From Pelomyxa schiedti (Eukaryota; Protista; Evosea), in assembly GCA_020536535.1 (NCBI GenBank), contig JAHLWZ010000347.1:1-64000 (forward strand): a stretch of DNA of 64,000 nucleotides, in the 5' to 3' direction. This document shows, in pieces, positions 1 through 13,561 of this stretch. The notes under the pieces were generated by a model. The model saw only the letters and a program-made list of their open reading frames with translations, was not told where the DNA came from and did not search any database. The number at the start of each line of letters is the position of its first letter. Position 1 is the first letter of the stretch. The position numbers and the translations under genes are program-made.

Positions 1-3000
1 CCCTGCTCTATCATGTATTTGCTTTTTGAAGTGTTTGAATTCCAAAAGCCACACCCATCTAGGGTACTGTTTATAAAGAACACAACAAGCAGACAATGCC
101 TAAAACAGTTTCTTCGATGCACCAATAGTTTTTCACACCTCACATTCGCCATTGTGGGTGTGAATGAGATGAAGGCGGAACTCAGGCAGTGTTTGTACAA
201 GTGGTACTCAAAACCGGCAACACAAAACCAAGCACCAGCAAAAACTTTCCTGATCTTCACCTCCCGTGTTGGAATTGGTGCTTTCTCCAACAGTATCGTC
301 AAGCAGCAGACAGTGGTGTTGGAGGAGGTCAAATCAAGAATCATAACATCACCTCTGAATCCCCAACAGATCATGGAAAGCGCCAAGGCAACTGTGTCAT
401 GTTATACTGGCGGGTCCCGCACTGGAAAAAGCACTGAGATCAGCGCAAAAATGGAACAGAACAAAAAGAACTTGGAACCACTGTGCATCAGCATGACTGA
501 GTGCTTCTCTGTGTCTGATGTGATTCCAAAGCTTTCCTCTTTGATGAAAGTGGTGATGAGTTGTGATGAGGCAACGCAGTTTGTTGCCAACATTCACTTT
601 GACGTGGGTACCTATGCTTACATGGACACAGTCTCCACCTTTTTTTACAACATGCTCATGTGGGGTGTTGTGTGTGACAGTGGGACAGGTGTGATGCTTC
701 CAGTTTCTCGAAGAAATCTCAGGTGGAACTTGTTTGTTGAATTATCACCAGAACCGTCCTCTGATGCCTCCAAAGGTTTTGGCTTTTCAGAGCTCGTTCT
801 TGAGAACCTCCCCATCCTGAACCACGTTGGAGCCATTGTCAAGCAGTGTGAGATCCCATTTGTGGTGGATAACAATGCTTTACTTGTTGCAAAGTTCTTG
901 CAAGCAAAGGTGAAGAACCTTCTTGACAAACCAGCTGGACTTGTGGCAGAGCTGAACGCAAACCCTTCTCCCTTCAACCCCGTTCTTATACTGGAGCATT
1001 TCTTTCGTTCTTTCAAACCAGCCACTGTTTCCAGCGTTTCACTCCCTTCAGACAGAATGATGCAGCGCCGCTTTGTGTCACTGTTGGCAGATCGGTGCAA
1101 ATGGCTTTCAGTTCATGCACGCCAACGATTGACACTATACAATAGTTGTGAGCTGGCCAACAACCTCAGTGGAACAGTGCCCATCAGCAAACTCTTCCAG
1201 ATGTTTGTGGAAGAGAGCCACGTTTTGTGCAACCAAACATTTGCCTCTGAGAAGCTCATTTACACTGCTCGTGAAAAGCCACCTCTTCATAGAAAAGATG
1301 CTATGGTGGTGATGCAGCTGCCAATTTTCTTTGCTGTCATGGAACATGTTCCCCCCCAACTTCCAGAAGAGTTGGTCTTTACTTTGACCAAGGCCAGGGA
1401 CTCCAAATTACTTCGACAACAACTGCAACTGGCATTTGGAATGGAGAACATTCAGGAAGTCATTGAGAGGAAAAAGTACATCCTCACACCAGACTTTGCA
1501 CTAAAAATACTGGTTGTTTATGATCACATGAATGCGGGACTCAACCTCATGGTTTCTGGGGGAACAGGAACAGGCAAAACGGAACTTCTTGATGTGTTCG
1601 GCGCGCTACTCAACTCCAGAACAAAGTCGACACCCAACTTGCCAATCAAGATGAAGAAGTTTGTGCTCGGAAAGATGCTCGGCAGCATACAGGCCATCCC
1701 CAGAGCATTGCTGGACCAGTGTCGTGCCATCCTGCAAGGGCAACCACCATCCAAAGTTCCCCAAACACCTTTAAACATTACAGCCCCAAAAAACACTCCC
1801 AAGACCTGCTGCCTTGAGTGGTTGGATGACAATGAATTTTTCCACAAATTTCTCCTTGAAATGCTTGCCACTTACCAGCACCTTTTCCCCCAGTTTGCCA
1901 GCAGGATTGTTCAATTCTTGAAGAAAAATTTGATGAAACACAGGCACATATCCCTGAATGATACTGGCAACCTGTCCAGAGTTCTCGATTACACCCTTCT
2001 TCAAGTGTGTTGTGTGGAAAATAATATCTTTATTCTCACCAATACATACAGCCAGAAGAAAACGTTGCAGCAGGGAGGAAATATGTTGTCAACAACCCAA
2101 ACGAGCTTGCTGACTTGGTGACGTCGTTCAGAAATGCCAAATTTGAGAAGGTTTTCCACAAAATTCGCATGCACAAAGGACTTTCTGCAGATGAATTCAG
2201 AGAAAGGATCAATGAGATAAAGGAAACACTCACCAAGTTCCCCAAAGACACAAAGGTCGTTTGCTTCATTGACAACTGCACATCAACAATGAACCTGCTT
2301 GGAATGGTGAAGGAAGTGATGTGTGACTCAAACCTGGATGGTGAACCACTTCCCAAGAACATCTTCTTCGTGGCTGCACTCAACAATAACCAGCCCAGTA
2401 TTCCACTCACAACCAATAATACCAGGTGTCAAGTGGACTTGGCAACTTCATCAGTGCACAACCAGATTGACCTTGATGGAACTCCCAGCAAGTTTGGTAC
2501 CAAGTCCTTTTCAGTGAGACCACCTCCCCTCTCCATGAAGAAGATGACTGTTGACTTTGGCCAACTCACAAACCTGCAAGAGAAGACCTTCATTGACAGT
2601 TTGATTTCATCTCACATCAAGGATGAGGCAGAAGTAGATGAAACCCGCAGGAATCAACTCAAGTCACTTCTGATATTTGGGCAGGACTTCAGCAACAATG
2701 CCAACATTCACTGGGTCACTGCCAGCATCCGAGACATTGTTCGAGCCATCACTCTTTATATTTATTTTCTCCACCACCCACAGTTCATGTTCAACTTGCC
2801 GCAAATATTGGCACCAAATTACAACACCCATGTTCATTGGCAAGCAATGGTTCTTGTTGTATTTTTTTTTCCCTCTCCCTCATCATTTTCTGCTATTTTG
2901 GTTACACAAACAAGGTGATATCAATTGCAATGACATATTACTTCCGACTTCCATCACGAGACTTTGTGGAACAACAGAGCCCACTCCAAGCACCACAAAC

Positions 3001-6000
3001 CAGAACACCTTGTACAAGGGACCAATTCCAGGATGCCCTTCTGAACTTCCTTAACAACTTCAAAGATGCACCAGAATACTTCAATGTGTGGGATTATTAC
3101 CTCAATACCGGTGTACTCAACTCCTTGTGTAGCAACACCCACCTTCCACCTGGAATTGCCAAGACCAAGGCACTCAAGGAAAACTTGTTTTGCACTGTTG
3201 TGTGCCTTGACGCAAAGATTCCCCTGGTAATTGTTGGTCCTACGTACGTTTTTTCCTGTCCCATTCCTTTTCCTTCTCCCCTTACTCAACAACTCATCCA
3301 GTGGTTGCTCCAAGACACTGAGTTTCAAGATTGCCATTGAAAACATGAAGGGGCAGATATCCTCAGAAAAATTCTATCGCACGTTGCACCATGTGCATGC
3401 ATTCCGATACCAATTCAGTGAGCAGTCAACCATCACAGAAATCAAGTCTGTTTTCAAATCTGCAATTCTGAGGCAAAAGACTTTCCCTGGCAATTCCCAA
3501 GAGTGTTGTGCTGTTCTTTTTGATGAAGTTGAAGAGAAAACACCTCTGGAGGTGTGAAGAACTTATGAATGCTTTTGGAAATTTACAATGACAGATTTTG
3601 AATCTCAGCCTTGACCACAGCCCAGTTTCCTGTGTCTTGTTGTCCAGAAAGATTCTTGATGAGGTAACAACCAACCAAGGTTTGATGCTGTGGCAAGGAG
3701 AACCACAACTCGCTGATTTGCAGACTTTGGCTGAAGGTTTGGTGGAGCCTCCTTGCCATAGTAGTTAACATAAGTACAAACTAACAGAGTGCATTTTTGG
3801 GAATAAGACAAGCAGTATTGCCCCATCGACAAGAGAAATCCTTGGGACACTTTGCAGATCCTACCAGACAGAAGTGACCAAGGCCTATGGGCCGCCTTAC
3901 CCAGAAAGGTTCTTTCACCTCAGGGACTTTGTCTATTTTCTTCGCTATATTAGGAAGTACTCAGTACATGGCCTTCACATTTCCCCAGATGTGGTTCTTT
4001 CTGGTTTACGACGAAACTTTGGGGGACTTATTCAGAGTCACTTTGACAATCTCGTTATGAACTTCTTTGGCAATGCAAATGGAGCACTGACGAAATATGG
4101 CCTGCCACTATGGGTGTCACCTGCAACTGACCAACATAGAACAGAGATTACCACCATCAGGGAGAACCTTGCTGAGAGGCTCACTGATGCTGCTGACCCA
4201 AACTCTTCTCCATTCAGATATCTCATGCTGGTGTGCTGTATTTGGGAAACCACCAAAAAATCTCACCTTACACTCTGCAGCTTGATCCATCTGAAAATGC
4301 AGTTGCCGTGTCTTTACTTTTTGACTTAGGATTGTGTGATTACAGCCAAACGAGTGTGTGCTCTCTTGGTGGCTTCAGTGAGGATGGTGACCAGAAATTG
4401 AAAGCGGCGGTGGTCGAAAAATTCAAGGCGGCAATGGAAAAAGGAGATACAATTGTGCTGGTGAACTCCACCAGTATTCACAATTCGTTGTACGATATTT
4501 TCAACCGCTATTATACAATCATTCCAACTAGCACCAGCACCAGGCTTTGTTTCGCCAATCTTGCTGCTGGTTCATTCCCACAGGCATGCTTTGTCCATGA
4601 CAACTTCCGTGCAATCCTTCATGTGCCCAAGTCCTCCCTCCAAACAATCCCCTCTGCCCTGCTGAGCAGATTTGAGAAGTACTGCCTTGGAATTGATGAT
4701 GCACTCTTTGAGCGACTTCAGACCTTCCCACTTCCCAAACTCCTCACCCCCATGAGTGCAGTCCCTTTGCATCCTTATGAAGTCCTTCGTGATGGAGCAC
4801 TGCACATGATAAAGGAACTGCACACCACTCAGTCCAACAATCGACTATTTTATGGTGTGACTCCAAAAGAAACCATGAGTTCACTTGTGCTCATTGTGTT
4901 GGACCGAACACTTGAAATGATCAAACTTCAGTTTAAAAAGGAAGACCCCAATTCCCTTCTCCCTCTTTTCCCACCCCTGCTGGGCACCCAACCCAAAACA
5001 CTTCTGCTTTTTGGTGCACGAGATCATTGGAAGCAGAACATGCGGGAATACATGATCAAAGCCAACCTTCACATTCTTCAGCTTGCCAAACCAGAGTCGA
5101 TTTACTTTTGCACGAGGCTCCCAGGGAGGTACAAACACAGTTACCTTTTGGAGCAGGAACACTTCTCATTTTACCGTTTCCTTTGGCTCCTGTGTCAAGC
5201 ACATTTTTCCTTTAAATCTCATACCTTGGGTGACACAGAAAATCAAAGAGAAGGAGGTGAGAAGGAAGAAGAACAAAGATCAACAACAGTGGTTGTTCCT
5301 CAGAGATGTGAGTATGCATCAAAGTGGTGTGTGTTCACGCGGACCAGCGCAGAAATCATTAGGCTTCCAACGGATAAAAAACTCCAAAGCAAGATGTTTG
5401 ATGTGCTTGTTCAAACAGGTTCTGTTCCACAAGGGGCAGAAGAGAGCCCTGAGGATTGGATGGAAGTGTTGAGCCTTGGTGAGATATCATCAAGTCAACA
5501 ATGTTCCTCCCGTGTCCATGATTTTTGTTGTTCTCCCAAGAAACTTCTCTTGTTGTGTGTTGTTGACCTATCTGTTACAACCCCAAATCAAATCAACTTC
5601 CTGAGGAATGAGATCAATGAAAGGTGGAAACTGATGGAAGAACAACAACAACGTGATCATGAAGCACCAAACAAGGGGCAATATCTCCAGCACATTGCTG
5701 TTCTTCTGCTTCATTTCTCAGCAGAGATTGGAATGAGAGCTGAGAGTGCTTACCATGCAATCTTCCTCAACGGTTGGGACTTCCTTTTTGTGGATTCATT
5801 GGGTGTTGTGGCTGGTTCGTCTGGAACAAATCCTCGCATGGAAGTCGACCCACACCCATGGCTTGCGAGAGTGTTTGGGTTGAATCTGAGGGACAGTGAG
5901 TCTGACAGCATGAAACAGGACTCGTCAACCCAAGAAGTGGACACATTCAGGGGTTTATTCTTCGAACACCTCCAGCAGTTTTGCAAATTCATGACTGGCA

Positions 6001-9000
6001 GTGGAATCAACACAACAACCACCACACTTGACAATCAGCAAGCAAAGGACTTTTATGGGAAACCAAACAATGTGGATGCACGTGGTTCTCCACAAAACCT
6101 CAGCATCTGCATTGCAGAAAAAAGTGAGGAAAGGTTCCAGATCCTGAAACAACTTTTTGAAGAGAACCCAGTTCTGTATGAAGGTATTCTCAAACAGTTC
6201 AGCCAATCTTGGACTTCTGGATTCCTCAATAAACTCGTGTGTGAAGCAAGCACAGAGTTGTTCCATGGGTCTTGTGTGGTGAGCTTTGTGACTGCAATTT
6301 CTTCTTCTCTTTGGAACTTCATGGCTCCTCTGGTGAGCACAATGCTCCAGATGATGCTTTCCTCATTCGGACTCAATTCTGTGTTCAACATGTTTGAAAA
6401 TCGCCATAAAAGGAAATTGTTGGAGCTGGTCCGCCTTGTTTACTGCACAATTCCAATCCCTAAGCCTGGCAAATCAGTGCTCACCAATTCCAAGCAGCTG
6501 ATGAGTTGCACTCCCGCTGTCACTGTCTTGAGGACACATCCATTTCCACCTGAGCTTCCTTTTTATGATGCGATTGCACATCTTCTCAACACCCAGGTCA
6601 TTCACGCGGTCAGAGAGCTGCGCCACCACAAGCCCTCCCCCCAAGCTCTGCATGGGAAAGTGCTCGAGTCAATCAAGTCAAACAAACTCCTTGACGAATT
6701 ACTTGAGAGCATCTGGTTGAACCCACCTTTGATCAACATGTTCAAACGGGACTTTGTGACCAGGTCACTGAAGCTCTCCACCCTCCATATCTCAGAGTTC
6801 CGAAAGTTTTTGGGCTCCCCCTACCCTGCGGATTTAGAGGACAGGCTGGGGCGGTTCATGGAAATGATTCTCAGTTGTCTCTGGGCATTCAAGATCGCCC
6901 TTGCGGAAGACATCCCTGAATTGTTTGTGATCAAGAGGTTCTTTGAACCGGAAATCAGTTATTTCAAGGCCCTTGTCACTCCTTTGCATATTATTGACCC
7001 CCCTCTCACACCAGAGCAGTTTGACAGGTGCAGAAGGCCACCGAAATTTGAGAAAAACAAACTTCTGGAGATGGAGATCTGGGTCACAGGGCTTACCACC
7101 AACTTGCTGTGGGAGAGGTTGACAAAAGAAATCCTCACAGGAGGGCCAAAGCTCGATTTCAATGCCACTGTGAATTGGGGCCAAGTTTACCACAACTTCT
7201 TCAGCACCTTAAAGTCGAGGTCAGAATTGGAGATGATTCTCTCAATCATTCCTGAAACAATCCCGAAGCTTGATGCGATGCACGTTGTGTTTGTGTTCCT
7301 CTCCAATTATCAGGCACAGGGTTTAAAGCCCACTTTCCCTTTCCTCACCCAGAACCCTGCCTTGCCCCAAATACTGGTACAGTTTGTGTCAACCCCGTAC
7401 ACCCCAAGCACGCGGTTGAAATCTGGACTTCTCCTTGCCCTCAACCTTCTTCCTCCTGATCCCTCCAAGTCCTCTGACGAAGACATCCAATCGATTTGCA
7501 GTGTTATTGAATACCTGCTTCAGGAATCAGACAAGCGGATGCTTTCTGATTCTGCCAAGGCCAATTTCTATTCTTTCCTCCAAGTTAGTTCCGCGTGTAT
7601 TTCAACCTCTCCTTTTCTTTCTTTGGGGGTTTCCTAATATGAAATCATCGAACTTATTCTCTTTTTGTTTAACCGTATTCTCAGATTTGCAATGACTCAC
7701 TTGATGACTTTGTCAACAATCCTGTTTTGAGGGGCTATTGCAAAAAACTCACTGTGAACATTGGATGGGTTGCCAACTTTATTTTTTCATGGATTGAACC
7801 AAAACCGAGTTCTTGGATTTCTGAAATACTTCAGCTCATATCTGATGTATGGACTGCTTCAAATGTCAAATTGGCTAACCTCTTCCCTTTTTTATGTGCA
7901 CCACTTGTCCGTTGCTTTCACCAACATTCTGAACAGTTGATAGCCGACACGAAACCTTCCTTTTCTGCAGAAACTTACCACTACTCACCAGACCTTCTCT
8001 CCCCCACCCAAATTCCAACAGCACATTTGCCTCTTGAGTTTCTCTTATATCACGTTCTGTTGAAATTCATGCGACCATCACGGGAGGATAAAACTCCTAA
8101 AGTATTGGCAATCAAAACACTGGAAGATGCTTGGAACATACTTATAACAGTCCCAAGAGGTACCCACAAATCACAGAACCCTGTTTCACTCACTCTCATT
8201 TATCTGAAGGAGATCATGTTTTACATCAAGTGAAAAAAGCTGCCAGCAGGACCATTCTTCTTGCACTCCTTGCTTCCACTCTGAGTGGAACGACTGGGCT
8301 TTCTGCCCAACTACGCAAAACGAAGCCAGAGATTGTCCAAGTTGTTTCACAGGTATTTTTGTTTTGTTCTGTTTAGTTTAGTTTCTAAGTTTCTTCCATA
8401 TTCAGCTTCTCTCACCTGGCTCAAAACTTGTTGTAAATGCCAGAAACTTCTTCCTTGGTCAGATCACCTCAGAAGAAACTCTCACAGCACTTCTCCAAGA
8501 CCATGACGCTTTGCGCCTCTTGGGTCTTGGAGACATGTAATCTTCTTCGAATTCCTTCATTCCCTCCATGTTTAATGGAATCCTGTTCAGGAACAGCAAA
8601 CCTGGAGCTCAAAACGCCACAACAAGGCGGACTGAAGCTGCAGCACTTCTTCCTTCATGCATCCTCGATGGTGGTGAATTCTATGACCTCATCCAGAGCC
8701 ACAGCAAAAAACAATCACCCACAGGACTTCTTGCAACGTTCTTGCAAAAGGCCCCAGTGTTGAGGGTCTTCTCACACCTGCCCACTTTGGTTCATTTTTA
8801 CCAATTGTTGAATTCTGTGTTTGCACCACTGTTGAATGGTTTTTTTTCATCTCTTCATGGTTTCCACTCATTTTCTCGACAGAAGATAGAATTGTTGGCT
8901 CTTTTTCTGAATGTGTTGTCTGGGTTGGTTGCAACTCCCCAGCAAACAAGGAGTCCATTTCTTCAGCCTACTTGAAATTCCTGGACGCTTGGAAGGCCAT

Positions 9001-12000
9001 AAAGACAGGATTCAATGATGTAAAACTCAAGTGTGCCTCGGTGTTCATTCTTCCTCCACTCAGTGTACCGTACCCCCTTTTTTTCCCAGTGTGAAGATAC
9101 CGGAGATTGGACCCAACACTCCATTTTTTGAATTGGTGAGTTGGAATGATGAGAGAAAAGGGGACCTTCTTTTCACTGTCATCAGAGAAATGACTGAAAT
9201 TCAGAACTCACTGATTCGACTCAGGAATGAGTGTGACACAGGTGATGAATGCCTCGTTGTTCGTTATCGTCTAAGAATGCCCTCAGATGAAATCAACCCT
9301 TTTGGATTCTTTTTTGAACACTCATTTCAGTCAAGCTCGTGCAATGTTGATGCCATTCCGAACTCAACTTCTCTTCGTTCGTTTTCTTTTTACCTTTTCA
9401 AGAATTACCAACATTTGACAATGAGACTGACACCTTGACACCACAGAAATTTTAGTCACAGGAGGTGCTGTGGAAGATATTGAAAGAAATCTTGTGACCC
9501 ATTGCCAGATCCCAGCCAATGGGAAAAGGTGTGACTTGCATTTTGATGCCAACATACTTCAGAGACATGTGCGTGAGTTTCCCTTCTTCAGTGTGTGATT
9601 GACGAAACGCCACAAACAGGTGATTGAACGCTATTTGGCAGGCAAAGCCATGTTGACTGATGTGGAGAGCATGAGAACAGTGTTTTCTCTTTACATCCTT
9701 GACATCACAGCTGACCAAGTTTCCACTCATGCCAACAAAACTTGTTGTGATCACTTTGCTTTTTTTAGCAGCCCGAACCCGACCGGAGTGAAGGCCAGGA
9801 TCAACTCGATTTTTCTCTTCAACAGCAGTTAAATAGGTTGCCAACTGTGTCCTCCCAACACCTCCTTTGTATTTTTTGTGGCTGTCTTACTCCTTTGTAT
9901 TTTTTTTGTGTTGGTTTTGTTGTGAGCATTTGATTTTTCTCACGTTGTGGCACCAGATTGCACCCAGACTACCAGTGTCCATTTCAGAGTCATTGCTATG
10001 CTCAGTTTGATAGAGCCCTCAAAGGTTGTTTCACATGAGACTTTCCTTTGTCAACTTAATCTTTCAACCCAGGAGAGACTGAAGAACACATCAGAGAATT
10101 GATGCAACTCCTGACACAGCTTCTTGAAAATCTCCAGCGTGCTTTACGTCAACAACCCTCTGAAAATCAGCCAGACTCCTTTCTTGGAGCAGTGTGGAGT
10201 AACTTGTTACCTTCCAAGGTGATGCCAAACACCCTTGCACCCCTGAGGAACCAGCGTTTTTCGTGCATTGGCGTTGTTGCAATCAACGTTTTGTCCAAAT
10301 ACCGAGCGAAGCAGTGGTTGTTTGCTGGAATGTCAGACAACTATGACATGGCTCCCCCTGAGTCTATTCAGTGCAATTTCTCAAGGAAAGTGGAAGAGGT
10401 GTGGGTCCACCCTGAAAAAAACGCAATCACTGACCGATTCTCCTCACAATGTCTCCCTCAAAAAAAAGATACTGAAAGGAACAATGGAGGTAAAAAAGCG
10501 CATGCATGCAGTGGCAAATGCCATTGTTGGATTTTTGAAGCAAGATAAACTGGGTTCAAACCAGGAAATTGCACTGAAGACCCTTTTTGGTGATTACTCG
10601 GCAGTGGTATGCCTCCTCACTGTTTTATTTCCCTGCCCAGATTTTGTATGGAACACCTTTCCCGATATCCATAGGTGACAGAAACTATTACACGAGAGGA
10701 CATAGAATTCTTGATTGAAAACTTGAAAGTTGGGAGTTATTGCTATTTAATGCGGCAACTTCATACTCTATGTGGCAGTCTGCTTGTTGCCATTGCCAAT
10801 GTCAGTTGTTCATTATCTCTTTTTTTTTTTACGATTTATTTGGCTTAAATTGTCTCCAACAGTACACTTCAACAGTCCCAGTCAATGAAGTAGCATTCAC
10901 CATATTTTTCTTGGTCACTCATTATAATAGTATCACGAACCTGTTGATATATCTGTGCTTCCACCACTAAAACCAGTTGAAGAAGATGAGAAAAATCTTC
11001 CTTTCGAGATTGCTTGGCACAGTATCGACCTCCCTGGTAATTCTTGTTTTCTTGTTTTGCCTATGAAAGATTAAAACCTATACAGAACCGGACCTGCAAA
11101 CCTCTGTTCCAGATGGTACTCCCATTTTTACCAGGCCGCCTAGGCCCCATCCGCTCCCGACAGACAAATACTATGTTATCTCACATTTTCCAATACAACC
11201 AAGCACTCTCAACATGTCTGCTACCTTCAAAGCTATTCCAGGAAAGAAATTTTGTATACACCCTTGTGGTATTTCATCTTAATCTCTCCTGTGGGTGGGA
11301 ATAAAGACAACACAGAACCTGACTTGCAAGCCTCTGCATTAGAGTGTGGGCTGCATTTATCTGGATCACATGAGCCCACACCAAGTCGGAACCCTGCAAA
11401 TCCCTCTTGTGAACATAAATTTGTTCCAACCCCACTTTCCCCACATCTCTCTCTAAAGACACTTTCCCAAGCAATGCTTAAGGCAGTGGATGACATAGCA
11501 GTACAGGTAAAAGAGGAAGACAATGATTTCCATATGTATCTGGCGAACATGAGAAGCAACTTCCAAATAATCACTCAGACAGTTGCAACTGCACAACAGA
11601 AAGCAACAAGGATTTCGAGTTTTGCGGAGCACTACAGTTTGTTTATGGAAAAGATGAAGAAACCAAAAAAAGTGATGGAAATAACTGAACTCCAGCTGCA
11701 GGTGGTCGGTGATGAAACTTTTTTGATTGTGTATAGGCAGAGAATGGGCCTCCTACTTCAGGAAGTCTCACATCACTGTCTGGAAATGGTTGTATATGAC
11801 CCACTAGAAGTGGCTTCCATTTTGACAAAGGTGGAGCAATGTACCTTGGAAGCCAAAGAGATCCTGGGGTCAGTCCGGGAGATCACATCAAACATGCAGT
11901 CTGCAGCCATGGAGACGGATACCCAAAAAAACATGCTTGAAGGAGATCTACAACTCATTGTACATGAAATCGATCAGCTGTTGCCACAAGAGGGAAATGA

Positions 12001-13461
12001 AGCCCTAAGATTCCCTGACTGGCGACAGGTTCCCCAGAAACAGGACCCACTCAGTACCACAACCTACGGTACCACACACGACTTTCCTCCAACTACTTCC
12101 AGCACTATCCAGCAGAGGTTGGAGGAGGAAAAGCAAAGGGCCCTGAAGCAGCAAGCAATTGCACTTGAAGCTGGCAAGAAAAAAGAACTTGAAGAACAGG
12201 CCATCATACTCAACACAGAAAAGAAAAGAGCACTTGAACAGCAGGAATCTGCCCTCAATATAAAAAGTGCAAAAATACAAAATGAGAAAAAACTTACGCA
12301 ACAAGCATATACCCTGGCTGTGGCAAACAACCTGGAAATTAACCTTTGTGGATTCCAGAAAGGAGTTATGGCTCTTGTAGAACTGAACGACCTAAGTCTA
12401 ACTAATGCCGTCTGTATTGCTAATGGGTCATTTGGGGCAGTGTGTAAAGTTCCTGTACTCCCACAACAGTGGGGGAGTGTTACTGGTGTACAATGCGGTG
12501 TGACTGCACCCTTAGCAGAGGTTGCATTGAAGATGATGTTCAATTTCACTGCCGGAATTAGAACCCTGCAACAGAGGACACAGTTTGAAAGGGAGTATGA
12601 AGTCTTAGTCAGGTACCCACATTGGTGCTTCACAAATGTGTTCAACCACTTCCGCGGTGATACCTCCTTATCCCTGGTCAAGGAGAGCTTGAGAGGCAAT
12701 TATGCAATCGTGGATGAAAAACGCAATTGGGTGTCAGGGTGCAGTGACACCAGGATCGCCATTCCGGTGTTTCAGCGAACCACGTTCATGACCATGGAGC
12801 TTGCGAAATTCACTCTGGAATCCCTCATTAACTGTCTCCAGGAACCACATCAGGAACAGCAGCGTAGTTCTCCAAAGGGAACCCCAGAACCATCCAACCC
12901 ATATTACATGGTACATCCACTCAGCAAAGTGGCAGATATTCTTCAGTTGGCGTTTTGCGTGCTGTGTGCGGTTGACCACCTCAACACACGAGGGTGGTTC
13001 CACTGTGACATCAAATCTGACAACATCCTGCTGATGGAGAGGCAACACATCAAAGGAAACATCTGGGCTCTCTGTGACCTCGGAACCGCTGTGTTCTGCC
13101 AAGATGGGAATCCTCTAGTTTTGCCCAAGGGTGAGACGTTCACTGGAAATGGACCAAACAGGTCACCTGAAGTGATCCAGGCGCACATCACAGGCAAGTT
13201 TCCTCTGCTCAAAAACGATGTGTGGGCCGTCGGATGTGTTCTCTACGAGGCCATTTCCAGGACTCACCCCTTCTTTCAGCAAAATGACCTCAACACCAAC
13301 AAGATATGTGACACCAACCTCCCTCCCCTCGTCCCTGATTGTTCTTCTCTCGCACCCGACGCCGCCCACCCCAACGGTACTGCAAACAACTCAACGGTGT
13401 CGGGGCTTGTTGGATGGCTCCTGGAGCGGGAGGCCGCACGCCGGCCCACGGCCCGCGAGGC
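1..13461 (+). CDS. RNF213/mysterin-like AAA+ ATPase fused to C-terminal PINK1-like kinase, copy 1 (multi-exon; 5' end outside window, 3' end lost in gap)
   Basis: Spliced frames give RNF213-type motifs: GGSRTGKST (409-435); YILTPDFALK...GGTGTGKT (1558-1581); KEVMCDSNLDGEPLP; IAKTKALKENLFCTVVC...GPT^GCSKT (intron 3244-3301); AVLFDEV; FFHLRDF; RRNFGG; AMEKGDTIVLVN...LYDIFNRYY; LLSRFEKY; and C-terminal FSHLPTLVHFYQ, FLDAWK, IERYLAGK. Phase-1 introns 11037-11085 and 11269-11315 join these to the kinase exon (VALKMMFN, HCDIKSDN, DLG, SPE, DVWAVG). Confidence 0.85.
12121..12259 (+). repeat. Three 45-nt (15-aa) coding repeats in the coiled coil before the kinase, copy 1
   Basis: EEKQRALKQQAIALE / AGKKKELEEQAIILN / TEKKRALEQQESALN. 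Confidence 0.75.
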
Positions 13462-13561
13462 NNNNNNNNNNNNNNNNNNNNNNNNNNNNNNNNNNNNNNN
13501 NNNNNNNNNNNNNNNNNNNNNNNNNNNNNNNNNNNNNNNNNNNNNNNNNNNNNNNNNNNNN
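13462..13561. other. Scaffold gap (100 N)
   Basis: Run of exactly 100 N between the GC-rich kinase 3' end and a tandem repeat. Confidence 0.99.

Noticed and set aside
1-11040. Interpreting the many short ORFs and frame changes as pseudogenes, frameshifting or an alternative genetic code
   Set aside because: The breaks I traced are explained by short GT-AG introns at matching positions in the three copies (one copy-2-specific case is reported as a finding); long exons use the standard code without internal stops.
1-13461. Copy 1 as a pure assembly duplicate of copy 2
   Set aside because: The middle and C-terminal regions differ by many substitutions and indels and in places resemble copy 3 more; a divergent haplotype cannot be fully excluded.
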